DNA of 64,000 bases, taken from assembly GCA_951406725.2 (NCBI GenBank), contig OX597824.1, forward strand, positions 41,230,001-41,294,000. Direction: 5' to 3'. Made by a program: the position numbers and the translations under genes. A model generated the notes under the pieces. The model searched no databases, was not told the DNA's origin, and worked only from the letters and a program-made list of their open reading frames with translations. The stretch comes from Octopus vulgaris. Lineage: Eukaryota. Position 1 is the first letter of the stretch; every line of letters starts with the position of its first letter. Of this stretch, positions 26,041 through 40,702 are shown one piece after another.

Positions 26041-26628
26041 ATTGTTTATATTTATATTGTTTTATCTTTAAAACATGGGTTTAAATCTCTCTCTAACCAC
26101 GCTGATAACTAATATGAAATAAACACTCTTTTTAAAAATCTAGAGTGTTTCTACTACTTTATTCCACCCAGATCATAATACATTAAATATGAGTTTCTCC
26201 TAGGTCAATTTTCCTTGTCTTCAAATCTTTTCATTAAAAATAATATATTTTTAGCTTTATATATTTTTCTCTTTCCAAGGCGGTCTTAGCAAATTGTCTT
26301 CAATGAATACACATACCACATGGCACCTACAGCATACACCCTGCAGCAAAAATTCATTTTAATACATGTATGTTTAATTCTTCTGCCGTTTGCAGCGGTA
26401 TAACACTTTTCCAAAACAATTCTGCTTGTTTGGAAAAGAACCTGTTTATTTTTCCGAACAGAATTTTTACTATTTTTGTACAGATTGACGTAACGGCGTA
26501 TAACGTAATCAGGCAGATTCGAAGTCTGTAGTTTGGTGCTGAGTGTTTATTTCTTGTTAGTTATCAGCGTGGTTAGAGAGAGATTTAAACCCAGGTTTTA
26601 AAGATAAAACAATATAAATGTAAATAAT
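26041..26628. mobile_element. Fold-back/MITE-like element with ~88-bp inverted repeats
   Basis: 26041-26128 vs 26541-26628, about 5 mismatches; no clear TSD. Confidence 0.7.
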
Positions 26629-26899
26629 TAAAAAAAAATTAATGGAAATGATAAGCCAATTTTTCTCCTAGTCAACAATTGAATCTAAGCATTAGCAGAC
26701 GATACTAAACAGTGTTGCTAAGCAGCCATGTTTGAGTGTAAGCTTTATGTTTATTTATTTAGTTATTTAGTAAACTCTTTTATCGCCGAGATATTTTCAC
26801 ATTTGATGACGTAGGCAGTTAATCAAAGATGACAGAAAGCACTAACAACAAAAATATTTACAAAAGACCATAACTAACGATATTTTGACGACATCGAGA

Positions 26900-26982
26900 T
26901 GGCGTTGATGAGGTTGAGGACGATGACAATGATGATGAAGATGAAGATGATGATGATGATAATGGTTATGATGAAGATAGTA

Positions 26983-27041
<59 letters not shown>

Positions 27042-27044
27042 GTT

Positions 27045-27110
<66 letters not shown>

Positions 27111-27400
27111 GTAATGCTGCAGCTATTGATGAAGATGAGAATAAGGAAGAGGAGGATGAAAAATAAGACGGTGATAAGAACGAAGGTGATGATTTCAATT
27201 AATGATAGTGATGATAACTATGATGACTTGTTGAGGACGAATTAACGATGTGTTTGCTGTTGATGTTGCGGATAGTGATGATGATTGATGATGATAATGA
27301 TGATGAAACGAGGACAATTGTGCTAATGATGATCGTGATGGTGGTGATAATAGCATCGATGACGGTGATGAGTAGTGCCACAATCCTCAAAATCATCACG
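26900..27400. repeat. (GAT)n microsatellite with degenerate flanks
   Basis: Direct reading of the sequence. Confidence 0.9.
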
Positions 27401-28104
27401 ATCATCCCGATCAACATGATAAAATTATCGTGATAATATTTCTTTTGTTTAGACATAGTGGTAAAACAATGACAAGTTTTGATTGCGGAAGTGGAGCGGG
27501 TGATACGGTGGAATACAACATGTACCTGGAAGTGTAGAAATGAGTTGCGACATCACTGATGCCAAGTTGTTTCAGCCTTTGCCTTCCCTTTGGATAACAC
27601 CGGTAGCGTGGAGAGAGGAGATTGGTATGCATGTGCGACTGGTGAAATACCACAAAAACAACCTTGCCCGGACTTGTGCCTCGGAGGTGCAATCCCATGG
27701 TCATTCATGACCGAAGGGTCTTTTTTTTTTTTACCCTTTTTACACATTTGCAAGAAACGGTGTAGAGTTGTGGTTATTCCGTTATATGTTTCCGTCCAAT
27801 GACTGTTTCCATGCTGAAAGGATAAAACAAATGTTCGGAGTTAAGATCTTGTTGAGGTCAATCTTTGCTACTATCATTGTTAAAAATTCAAGCTGTCACT
27901 ACCCGTTTGTGTTTATAGTGCGGAAGTATCTTTTTAAAATGTATCTGTATGTCTTGCACAAGGATGACACGCACATTCGTGAAGCGCTGTATATCTCTAA
28001 ACAAAAAAAAAAGAAGAAAGAAAAAAAAGGCGTAGACGTGGCTGTGTGGTAAGAAATTTGCTTCGTAATCTTATGGTTCTGTGTTCAGTCTCACTGCGTG
28101 GTAT

Positions 28105-28645
28105 CTTGAATGAAAGACTAAGTCGATTTCGGCAGAATTTGAACTCAGAGCGTAATGAATCATAAAAATGCCGCCAAAGATTTTATCCGACGCGCTAACG
28201 ATTCTGCCAGTTTACCACCACCACCACCTATTTCTTTACTACCCACAAGGGGCTAAACACAGAGAGGACAAACAAGGACAGACACACGGATTAAGTCGAT
28301 TATATCGACCCCAGTGCGTACTTGGTACTTATTTAATCGACCCCGAAAGGATGAAAGGCAAAGTCGACCTCGGCGGAATTTGAACTCAGAATGTAGCGGC
28401 AGACGAAATACCTATTTCTTTACTACTCACAAGGGGCTAAACACAGAGAGGACAAACAAGGACAGACAAACGGATTAAGTCGATTACATCGACCCCAGCG
28501 CGTAACTGGTACTTAATTTATCGACCCCGAAAGGATGAAAGGCAAAGTCGACCTCGGCGGAATTTGAACTCAGAACGTAACGGCGGACGAAATAACGCTA
28601 AGCATTTTGTCCAGCGTGTAAATGACTCTGCCAGCTCGCCGTCTT
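28105..28645 (-). mobile_element. SINE A dimer (28225-28645) abutting an older SINE A fragment (28105-28215)
   Basis: Two near-identical units with the same tail; junction ATACCTATTTCTTTAC on the plus strand. Confidence 0.9.
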
Positions 28646-29219
28646 AATAATAATAATTAGATATATAACAATCATCATTATTATCGGAAGTACAAAGAAA
28701 GAGATTTTTGGGGGGCTGGGATGCATGTGGGAGTTGAGAAGAATACTAATACGAGTAAAGAATTGAAGTGTGGATGATAAAAGAGAACAAAAAGTAGAAT
28801 TGCTGAACGAAAACGAAAAGAAAAAAATCAAATATAAGAAGGAATAACATATGAATGATGAAAAGATTAAAACAATTTGAAAAAAAATAATCCAAGAATG
28901 AATGAAAAGCAGAGAAAGAATTAAAGAAAGAGAATAATGAGGAAAAACCTGACGGCAGGAAAGAAAAATAAAAGAAAAGAAAGGAGGTAAAATTCGAGAA
29001 AAGAGTAGGAGAAGATAGGGGATCTACTGAAAGTGAAAGTAAAAACAACAACAACAACAAAATCCCACAGAATATATGAAAAGAGAACGGGTTAACGACA
29101 AATAAAATAACAGAAATAATAAATTGTATCTGTGAAAGAAAGGAAGGAATACACACGGATAAAATATAAATTAGTAAAGAAGTAGAGAAGATTGAAGTAA
29201 CAATTTTAATGAGAGATAG

Positions 29220-29269
<50 letters not shown>

Positions 29270-29752
29270 GAAAAAGAAAGAAAATAAACAAAATAATTTG
29301 AGTTGTCTCTGAAGATGGGAAATTCTCTCATGCATTGCGTTGAAGGAAATTAATCATAAGCATTTGAATGAAACCAAAATTGGAATCCATAGTCGCCAGA
29401 AGGTGCTCTTTAGAATTTGTATTTTTTCGCGATTCACTCAGCGCTTATCGTATGGGCAGTTAAGAAACGACAGACTAACTCAGTGATAAAGATTTTCATA
29501 TAGAAACAAAATTGAATAAGATGAATAAATAGATTAAATAAATGGATAAATAAATGTAGAGAAATGTTGCAGAAAAGAAAAAACCAGTTAAAACATTTAG
29601 ATTATGTTGCTGACAAAAGGTAGCTGAGTAATTTTGCGATGAGCATAAAATCTCTCTCTCTCTTTCTCCCTCCTTCACTCTTTACGTACGTACATACCTA
29701 TCTACTTACCTACCTATCAAGCTATATACCTACCTCTCTATTTGTCTGTCTG

Positions 29753-29827
<75 letters not shown>

Positions 29828-29948
29828 GTCTGTGTCTGTCTGCCTTTCTGTCTGTCCGTCCCTCTGTCTGTCTGTCTACGTCTGTCTGTCTATGCCTTTC
29901 TGTCTGTCTGTCCGTCCGTCCGTCCGTCCGTCCGTCCGTCTGTCTATG

Positions 29949-29995
<47 letters not shown>

Positions 29996-30062
29996 GTCTG
30001 CCTGCCTGCCTGCCTGTCTGTCTGTCTGTCTGTCTATCTGTCTGTCTGTCTATCTGTCTGTA

Positions 30063-30153
<91 letters not shown>

Positions 30154-30394
30154 GTCTAAGATGTTTTTGAAAGACCTTTCGCTGCTATTTTTAGTAGTTT
30201 CAGTGTTCGAATAGACCCTCCTTTATGTTTGCTGTAGTCACCAACTCTATGAGTTCTTGAATCCTGTCCCATTCGTTTTTGGTAGCCGCCCCATATTCTG
30301 ATATGATTTATTGTTTAATGTTTTGGTTGTGTCATGTAGAATTGGCATTAGAATATTTAATGCAGTGAGTGAAGTCCGTTGCGTATGTATCGTA

Positions 30395-31003
30395 TTTTCT
30401 TACTTGTCTCAGTTATTGGATTGCAGTCATGCTGGGGTACCGCCTTGTAGGTGGTTAGTTGAACAAATCGACCCCAGTACAATTTTTCTTGAAGTCAGGT
30501 ATTTATTCTGTCGGCCTTAGTTATGCAAACCAATACCGGTCGTCAAGCGGTGGTTGAGGCCAAACATAAGCACAAAGACCCACAAACAGAGATATTTTCA
30601 TATATATATATATTATGTATATGTGTTTGTGCGCGTGAATCCGTGTGTGTGTATGGGATTCTTGCAGTTTCCGTCAACTAAATCCACTCACAAAGCCGGG
30701 GGCTATAGTAGAAGACATTGCACAAGGTGCAACGCAATGAAACTCAACCTGCAACATGTGTTTGGAAGGCAAACTTCTTATTTCTTTATTGCCTACAAGG
30801 GGCTAAACATAGAGGGGACAAACAAGAACAGATAAAGGGATTAAGTCGATTACATCGACCCCAGTGTGTAACTAGTTCTTAATTTATCGACCCCGAAAGG
30901 ATGAAAGGCAAAGTCGACCTCGGCGGAATTTGAACTCAGTGGCAGATGAAATACCGCTAAGCATTTCACCCGATTCTGCCAGCTCTTACTACACAGCTAC
31001 GCA
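30395..31003 (-). mobile_element. Old SINE B interrupted by a young SINE A (30776-30985)
   Basis: Family B head sequence resumes (CTTACTACACAGC) after the family A copy; TCTTA occurs at both junctions. Confidence 0.75.
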
Positions 31004-31016
31004 TTATATGTAAACT

Positions 31017-31246
31017 ATTCTTTTATTCTTTTACTTGTTTCAATCATTTGACTGTGGCCATGCTGGAGCACTACCTTGAAGAGTTTTAGTCGAACAAATC
31101 GACCCCGGGACTTATTCTTTGTAGGCCCAGTACTTATTCTATCGGTCTCTTTTGCCGAACCGCTAATTTACGGGGACGTAAACACACCAGCATTGGTTGT
31201 CAAGCAATGCTAGGGGGATAAAAACACAGACACACAAACACACACT

Positions 31247-31300
<54 letters not shown>

Positions 31301-31462
31301 TACGACAGGCTTCTTTCAGTTTCCGTCTACCAAATCCACTCACAAGGCATTGGTCGGCCCGGGGCTATAGCAGAAGACACTTGCCCAAGATGCCACGCAG
31401 TGGGACTGAACCCGGAACCTTGTGGTTGGTTAGCAAGCTACTTACTACAGCCACTCCTGCGT
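31017..31462 (-). mobile_element. Full-length SINE family B
   Basis: Reverse complement of 34941-35393. Confidence 0.9.
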
Positions 31463-32677
31463 CTATATATTTGATTTTGCTTCGCTAAAGCGTTATGATT
31501 GGAGGAAGGGAGATTAGAGAAAAAGAGAGACAAATGACGTCATAGGTAATTATGTCGTAGCAACAAAATTTGAAAATTTCACTTCCCAATTCATTTCTAC
31601 GTTCTTCGAGAGTTAAGTCGCAAAAGTCAACCAAAACAGAATTTTAAATCTGAATAGAATGCAGAAGAAAACAAAATTCCCGATGAACCATGCATATTAA
31701 TTAAAAGACAAACCTTACGATAAAAGAGTAAAACTACATATTCTATATGATAAATCACAGAAACGCCATCCTGTGGAATTATTAAAGTATTATGTTTTAA
31801 TGGTATCCTTTCCTCAACACATAACTATTTTTAAATAGGATTTATTTATGTTTACTGTATTGATTATGTTAACATTAACTTAACTATTGTTTCTCGTACT
31901 GCTGATGGCGTCTCAGAGTAATTAACTCTGTGGTGAGAAAAACATATGCATACACTTGCACAGATACAGACATATATATACATATACATGCCTGTATTTT
32001 GAAAGACTAGATGGCAGCATAGTTGCTCCCCTATTTGTTTATCTATGTGCTAGTTATTGCTTGTGGTTATGTATGTGTATAAGTGTATGTGTGTGTGCAT
32101 ACATATAATTATGTATGTATGTGCGATTGATCTGTGGATGCGCGTGTGAATATTTGCGTTCCTTGACTAACTAACCGTAAAATTTCTTTTGTGATTCAAA
32201 TTTCAAACTACTAGCCAATCGAATTAATCTAAAATAATCATTACCTAGTGGTCAGAATTTCTAAACTCATAGTTATTTCGATCTTGAAAGGATGGACTTG
32301 GTGCAAACATAACTGTATCTATTATTATTATTATTATTAATATTAATAGTAATTTTTATTGACTTTTATAGCTTTATAATTTTATGAACTGAACCATGGT
32401 TTTAATTATTATTTTTCATCTCCCTATGTGTTAGTTTTTTTAAAACTATTAGCCAAATATGTATAATAACTGTGCTTATTAATATTAATATATACACTGA
32501 TATATATTTTGTTTTATTTTGTTTTGTTTACCTTGCATTATTGTACCAATGAGTATTATATTATATATGTGTAGCATTATGAAGTTTATGCACAAGTTTT
32601 TATATTTTACATTTTTATATTTTTATATTTATATGTATATGGAAAAATAATTTTTTCACAATTATAACAAATTAAAT

Positions 32678-32787
32678 TCTCTGAAGAGGCCGTGGGGCAT
32701 CCTTGTTAATGCCTCATTTATACCTGCCTTTATGGCTTATAGGTTAAATGAGGTATGACTGTCCTTGCTGCCGAAACAGCTGTCAGA
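32678..32787 (+). ncRNA. Type-I hammerhead ribozyme with intact core and extended stem II
   Basis: ucu-CUGAAGA-GGC[~80-nt hairpin including augccucauuua/uaaaugagguau]GCC-GAAAC-AGCU-GUC-aga; predicted cleavage after C32784. The AT-rich element ends in (TA)n at 33146. Confidence 0.8.
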
Positions 32788-33140
32788 TATGATATAATTA
32801 CATATTATATTTTATATTTTATACTTATATTTCCTTGTCTATTTACATTTACTGTATATTTTGTATAATGCCTTTACTGATATGTAATGGTGTAATAAAG
32901 TATTGATTGGGTATCTATCATCTGATAGTTGATGTTTTATTGATTTAAGTATGTTTCTCCATTTTCTAATTTTGTAGTATTAATTTACGGTAATATTATT
33001 ACCTTTGCCCATATAATACAATAGATGAACTGATTGTTTGGCAATTTTTAACATCTATGTATTAGTCTTGTTGGGTACCTATCTAGCAGTATATTGGATA
33101 TATGTTATCCCATGGTGGGTTGAATCTTCAACCCCTATCT

Positions 33141-33277
<137 letters not shown>

Positions 33278-33348
33278 AATTTACGATGAAAGTAAACAAA
33301 GTTTGTTTTAGAAGCGTTGAGATGTATTGAAATGATTTTTTTATTCAG

Positions 33349-33419
<71 letters not shown>

Positions 33420-33420
<1 letters not shown>

Positions 33421-33605
33421 GTTTGTATGTCTGTGTTTATCCATCCACAATCGCTTGACAACCAATGTTGGTGTGTCTACGTCCCCGTAACTTAGCGATT
33501 CGGCAAAAAGAGACCGATAGAATAAGTACTAGTACTGGGGTCGGCTTTTTTCGACTAAAGCTGGTGCTTCAGCATGGCCACAGTCAAGTGACCGACACAA
33601 GAAAA
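33420..33605 (+). mobile_element. SINE family B 3' half
   Basis: GCTTGACAACC...GGCAAAAGAGACCGATAGAATAAGTACT...CAGCATGGCC. Confidence 0.8.
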
Positions 33606-34400
33606 GATGATTTTTTTATTACCCACAAAGGGCTGTACACAGAATGGGACAATACAAACAAGGCAAACATAAACTTGGGGAACTCAAAATACAAAAAGAT
33701 GATGAATTAAGACGAAAAAATTAAAGAAAACGTATGAAAGAAATTAAAGAAACTAAAGAATTAAAGAAAATCGAATGAGACAAGAAAAGAATACACACAC
33801 ACATACACACACACACACACATACACACACATACACACATATGTAGGTATTGATGTGATAGTTAAATAATCCATTAAATTTATAACATAGCTGCTTGCAG
33901 TTTATCGGAATTAAAAAGAAAAAGAAAAAATGCAAAAAGAAAAAGACCCGATTCCTAGTGGACACAACAAAGTGTATATATATATAGTCGTACATATTTA
34001 CACAGGGAACCACATAAATATATGCCTATGAGTTCGTGTATTTGTCGATTTATGTACACACGCTAAGACACATACGCTTGCACACGAGCATCCCAACATC
34101 TATGTGTTTAGGTGTATGTGCAAATCTTTGTTTAAATAAATGGAGGAAAGAGTAGATATTTGGCGCGATAGACAGAAATTGCACACAAAAAGCACAAAGA
34201 ATTTAATAGAGAAGAAAAGAACAAAAAAAGAAAAGTGTGTAAAATATTGTGTTCAATAATGTTTTCTACGTCGTTGTGTACAAATCTTGATTCACACATA
34301 TAACTAAATTACTTCCCTAATTATCTCCCTTAGCTATCGACGTTGCTTCCATTTTTTAAATTCATGTCTGTCTCTCTTTCTTTCTCTCTTTCTTTCTTTT

Positions 34401-34451
<51 letters not shown>

Positions 34452-34787
34452 CAATAAGGCAATAATTAAATTAAGAATAGTTTCCAATTTACGAATAACA
34501 GAATTCCTGAGAAATTGCCACTTCGCATATAATATTACTTCTTGAGATTAATGTTAATCCAACTACATCTAGCCAGACAAACAGCAAAAATGGTTTATAA
34601 GGGACTTCATGTATTTGCTGCTGTACTGGGACAACGGTGATTGAGTACAACACCACCTGGAGGAAATAATGGGACGCATTCATCTCTAAACGCAATTTCT
34701 GGATGCGAATCATAGTTGGAGCAAAACATGCGTTCGTGGCATGCATGCACTCTAGCTCTCTCTCTCTCTCACGCACGCACGCACGCG

Positions 34788-34883
<96 letters not shown>

Positions 34884-34940
34884 GTGTCATATGACGCAGA
34901 GTTGTCAGACGATAAGAAATATTATAAATATAGACACATA

Positions 34941-35105
34941 GGCGCAGGAGTGGCTGTGTGGTATGTAGCTTGCTAACCAACCACATGGTTCCGGGTTCAG
35001 TCCCACTGCGTGGCATCTTGGGCAAGTGTCTTCTGCTATGGCCCCGGGCCGACCAATGCCTTGTGAGTGGATTTGGTAGACGGAAACTGAAAGAAGCCTG
35101 TCGTA

Positions 35106-35176
<71 letters not shown>

Positions 35177-35393
35177 ATGTGTGTCTGTGTTTGTCCCCCT
35201 AGCATTGCTTGACAACCGATGCTGGTGTGTTTACGTCCCCGTCACTTAGCGGTTCGGCAAAAGAGACCGATAGAATAAGTACTGGGCTTACAAAGAATAA
35301 GTCCCGGGGTCGATTTGCTCGACTAAAGGCGGTGCTCCAGCATGGCCGCAGTCAAATGACTGAAACAAGTAAAAGAGTAAAAAAGAGAAAAGA
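34941..35393 (+). mobile_element. Full-length SINE family B (tRNA head, CORE-like block, internal TA/TG microsatellite)
   Basis: A box TGGCTGTGTGG, B box GGTTCAGTCCC, CORE-like CTTGGGCAAGTG, tail (AAAAGAGT)n; likely TSD TATAGACACATA / TATAGACAGACA. Confidence 0.9.
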
Positions 35394-35590
35394 GTATAGA
35401 CAGACACAGGACACGTAAAAAATGTCATCCATATACACTGAAAATGTATATATACTTAGCTCCCCACAAATTATACACACACGCTTGGACACATACAGAC
35501 ACACGTATGTATACATGTCTGTCTGCGTGTCTGAATATCTGTCTGTTTCTCTCTCTGTTTCTCTGTCTCTTTGTATGTTCACCTTTGTAC

Positions 35591-35654
<64 letters not shown>

Positions 35655-36054
35655 ACACACACACACACGCACACACATCTATGATGGGGAACAATCAAAG
35701 GATTTTAATCGATTGTATTGATTCCAGTACATATGTCTGGTATTTATTCTATCGATATCCCATGGTCGAACGGTTATATCGACTGAGCATAAAGCAACGT
35801 TATCAGAAAGTCAGAGAAAAGTCACAAGGTTTGACGCATCCTTCCACAACACACTCACGCAGCTACATCCATCCAGCCATCCATCCATCCATCCGTTCGT
35901 CCGTCCGTCTGTCTGTCCGTCTATCCATCCATCCATCCATCCATCCATCCATCCATCCATCCATCCATCCATCCATACATACATACATACATACATACAC
36001 ACACACATACATACATACATACATACATACATACATACGCATATATTCATATAT

Positions 36055-36096
<42 letters not shown>

Positions 36097-36499
36097 ACAC
36101 ACACATGCACACACACATACATATATATACACTTACATACAGACTTGGCGCCTTCAACATGAGACGTGCAGGCGTTAAGGACTGTTTAAAATGCCTTGGT
36201 TTTGAACGTTTTCTTCAACAATTATGCCGACTCCTCCAGCTTAAATTAGTAACTGGTTTATTTCTTCAGTGATTAATAAGATACACACCTTTTACTTATC
36301 ATCGTAGCATTATTCAGAAGGGATTACAGAAATATATCTTATACTACGCAGAATTCTGCTCGTACGAACACGGCTGACGCTAGTAACACCACCACCAACG
36401 CAAATTTTATTACGTCCGTAAGCTATTTATTAAGACGCAAGTAAATCTAATTTTATTTGGAATTTTGAATTTACATTGAAACCAAGGCCTTCTTTAGAA

Positions 36500-37650
36500 C
36501 TCGTGATAACCATTCTGTTGGCTATAGGAAGCGGTTAAAAAATACCGGGCGCGGAGCTTATTCCAACTTAGCTTTGCAGCAAGGCAGCTTCGACAAGTAC
36601 ATTTCTTTGAAGAACAGCTTGCTTTCGCGATTGATAATCGATCTTTTCAAGGAACTTAGAACCGGCCACAATCTGCTACAAGAGTTCGAAAACAATGTAG
36701 ACAAATTGCTGCTGGCATCACCAAATTTTCATATTTTTCTATTTGTAACTGATTCGGCAGAGACGACTGTGGAATATATCCAACTTAGAAACATTCCGAA
36801 GCCACAGATCGGAAAAAAAACAAAAAAACTCTTCTACTTTTTGAAGACTATCATTGAGCGACAAGCCATTCTTAATAAGATTGCAGGAAAATCTAACTGC
36901 TCTAATGTTGGAAATTATCGACCATGCTGTTAGGGAACTCATAGAATCATGTGATAATAATAATAATTGGACAATTAATATCTTCATATACACAACTGCT
37001 ATCATTCTTAAAGATCATCTTGGAGAAATCTTCAGTATACATGGTAATAAAATTACTAAGCGGAAGCAACCTAGATGGAAAACAAAAGTTGAAGAGCCCA
37101 TTAACGATATGGGCTGCCATATTGATTGGTTAACCACGATAATAAAATGTAAGGGAAAATAAGTTCACGTCTTACCAAATACATTTTACGCAAATATCAA
37201 TAAAACTTTACGGTAGCTCTTCCCACCAAACTTTTGAGGGAAAACTAATTACTCTCAGGTACGAGCCAAATACACTAAGCGAAAATCTTTGCTACCGTAG
37301 GAGAATTTTTGTGCGATCCAGTATAAGTTATAAGTTTGCTTCCAACCCACAGGAATTATGCGAAGAAATGAGAAAGAAAAACATTACAATTAAGAAAGCT
37401 CTCTCTCAAAAAAGGTCTTGAATCATTCTGGTCTAAGATCTGGAATAAAAAGGAGAGATTTCAACCTTAATGCAATATAATTAGGAAAGAATACTGGACC
37501 AACATCGACCCTAAAAACATGCACAGTTGACTCAGAAACGTTCACTATTGCTGTAGACAAAGGAAAGCACCTGAAAGAGACCTAATAGTTGACTATTGGA
37601 CCAAGAGGCAGACATTTTATAGAAAACCATTAATATGTACACTCAGAATG
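36500..37650 (+). pseudogene. Decayed R4/Dong-like LINE ORF, N-terminal part to the start of RT
   Basis: Peptides INIFIYTTA...KRKQPRWKTKVE..I, ESFWSKIW and KAPERDLIVDYWTKR (compare WKAPG.D.I..YW.K) occur in the expected order, with frameshifts. Confidence 0.6.
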
Positions 37651-37898
37651 ATCATTGTGAGTAAGCTCGGGTTTTCAGGATAAGCTCGGGTTTTAAGAAA
37701 AAGAAATCAGCAAGCTAAATTGCACATCATAAATGCATTTTGTATGCGGAACAGTAAAAATATGCAAGACTTTCTCATGTTTAAAAGGTGAATTTCTTTT
37801 ATCTACATTCCAACGATAGATCTTTGTATCTTTGCTAGAAGCCAGATCTTTCCTTACGATATCTCAGATAATGATTTAAAATAGAAAAGAACATGCAT

Positions 37899-37994
<96 letters not shown>

Positions 37995-38129
37995 CTACAC
38001 ACGCAAATAACCCAGGGGATTCTGCTCTGTTTCCGTTTATTAAATTTTTATCACAACGTCTTGGTTGAGGTGTTGGTTTATTAGAAAACTCATGCGACAT
38101 CGAACTCTGAACCGCACTGCCACGCCAGC

Positions 38130-39100
38130 CTAATTTCTACAATTTATAGAAAATTAAGTTTTAAATCTTCACCTTCGGCCTATTTCCAACATTTCCAAAC
38201 AAATCTGGAACGCATTTTCGTGATAACAATTGAGATATTTGATAGCCTGTGTATAAGAATATGACAAAATATTCGGCCAGCCGATTAGCAAGACATCCAT
38301 TCAACCAACTGTACAATTTGTCTTCTTGTCCACTTGTATGTATCGGATGATTTGTAAAGGTCCGAACAGTCTTGGAATTAATTTCATACTGGCTACACTT
38401 GAGTATCCAGCGGTCATTATGATTGTATATCTTGACCAAATAATATTTTTGTTGTTGCTAATCGGTACATCTTGAATGTTTATCTGTCCGGAATCGTATT
38501 TAAATGAAAGGCGGTATTGATGTAATGTCGCACGCTTTGTTGAAAATAGCTTCTGAATAAGAGAATAACTGAGTTGGGGTAATTCTGTTGACATAATAAC
38601 AGAGGTAGTTTAATTTACTTGACAGAATAACAGATGCTAGATGGGTTAATTCCGATAGCGGAATATTGAAGTGGGTTCATTTTCTTGACAGAAGGAGGAA
38701 TAATTTGGATGGCAGAACTCAGAATGGTAGCTTTGGTGACAGCATAGAGACGTTTCGCTTATTTCTTATGAAAGAACACAATAGTATGAGTGTGAGGGAG
38801 GAAGGGAGCGTTGAATCTAGTGATATAAAGACGTGTTGGATTAATTCGCGTGACAGAAATGCAGAAGTCGGTAAAATTACTAATCATGACAGAACACAAA
38901 TTTAGGATACATTTGTTTTTGTGGGAAAAGGCAGATAGAGGTTAATACTTACAAATACTATGTTCCTTTTACCTAAACCCATCCAATACACTCACTTCTT
39001 CTTCTGCCATTATGACCACTATATTTTATTTACAGTAATCCATACTGAACATTTTCCCATGATTCCAGTCAAACGAATCATTCAGTTAAAAATTTCTAAT
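38130..39100 (-). pseudogene. Highly decayed LINE reverse-transcriptase relic
   Basis: Only scattered RT-like peptides; clade not assignable. Confidence 0.3.
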
Positions 39101-39200
39101 CAGCTACTGGATAGACGATTAGTATTGCAGTCAAATACACAGTGACCGTCTCTGAATTAATGTAAAATATAATTGTAGAGATTTAGTTGTTAGGTAGATG

Positions 39201-39593
39201 CAGCACCGGATTAACCATTAAGCAAAATTAGCACGTGCTTAGGGCATCAAGGGAAGCGGGGTACCACAGAGATGGCAAATGGTTTATGATACAAAGAGAA
39301 TCACTCTAAACTTGCCAAAATGATATAATTTTGAAGTGTTCACGGTGTCATAGTGAGAATCTAATCAAAGACTTTGCTATTACCAAAAAGTAGGAGAAAA
39401 CTTATCAAGTATAAATAAAGTGGAAGTATACAAAAATAATCATTATTTTCAATCTCACTGTTAATTTTGTCTAATTTTGAAAAATAAATATTTATTTTAT
39501 GGTGTATTATTATTTGTATTTCGAATTACATATATATGGGTCACCCAAATCATTTAAGTGATTGGGGCCTCTATGGGTCTTAATCTGGTCTTA
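39201..39593. mobile_element. hAT-type MITE
   Basis: TIR CAGCACCGGATTAA / TTAATCTGGTCTTA; 8-bp TSD GGTAGATG / GGAAGATG. Confidence 0.65.
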
Positions 39594-40296
39594 GGAAGAT
39601 GGCCTGCTTTTTACATCGGTTGATAATCAGGCGTCTATTTGCAACAGGAAGCTTTGTAAAATAAGAAACGTAGAATTAAATGTACTGTTCAAGTTCACGA
39701 CATAGCACCAGCATTGCTAGAAGTCCAGTATTATAGGAAAATGATCATTTCATTTTTACTGCAGAGATCAAAATAGTAGACTCATGCGGTTGGAGTAGCC
39801 AAAGCATTGTTTGAAATAACTTCATACATCGGTAGAGTCGGTTTTTTTAAATTAATATAATTATTTAATTATAGGACAATAACTTTAAAGTTTCGATGTG
39901 TGTAGTTCTTAATTCAGACTGTAATAATTTTGGTAGCCTACATTGAGTCAAGTATCTGTGAATTCTGTGGAAGTAGGTTGATAGAATGACGAAATACATG
40001 GGAAAGGAAAAGTGACTGTCCATAACTAAGGTCCTTGTCATGAACGGTTAAGTTTCACAACGAACCCAGCAATATGAGTAAAAGTTACGATCCCCTAATG
40101 CTGAACTTGATTTAAAGAGGATGTGATATCGATATCTACATTTATGAATTTGTTTTGCAAGATTCCTGATGTGAAATCGTGTATTGAAAAAGATATATTT
40201 TGGGATGGTTATTTTTTTTCTTGCCAAATAAACACACGCACCATATATTCGTCCACCACTCGTTTATTATTGTTCTTATTTTATCTTATGTCCATT

Positions 40297-40339
40297 GTCT
40301 GGAAATCTTTCGTTACACATCTGTGACCTCTTCAGCGAC
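40297..40339 (-). ncRNA. Minimal type-I hammerhead motif
   Basis: Minus: gucg-CUGAAGA-g-GUCACA(gaug)UGUAAC-GAAA-GAUU-UC-cagac: intact core, 5/6-bp stem II, stem I with one bulge. Confidence 0.6.
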
Positions 40340-40659
40340 TCACCCATCCCACGTGTACCTCCCGTTCTGTTTAGTCCATCCTTTACTAGGAAAGTGATTT
40401 TTGTCATACAAAATATTACATCTATATGAGCTACCGGATGACACATTCAGAGCAATAATTATTGTTCTGAATAAACAGAGGCTGAGTGATATTCAACAGG
40501 GTGAAAAAAAATCCTTTTCTGGTTATTAGAGCCAAGAATTCTCTGTGGAGATTGTAACAACATAATTTTGAAATTGTTCTAGAATAAGGAAGGAAATAAA
40601 TTCTATAAATTTATTCGAAAATTTTACTTTCACCGTTCGTCCTTCAGCCCATCCGTCTT

Positions 40660-40702
<43 letters not shown>

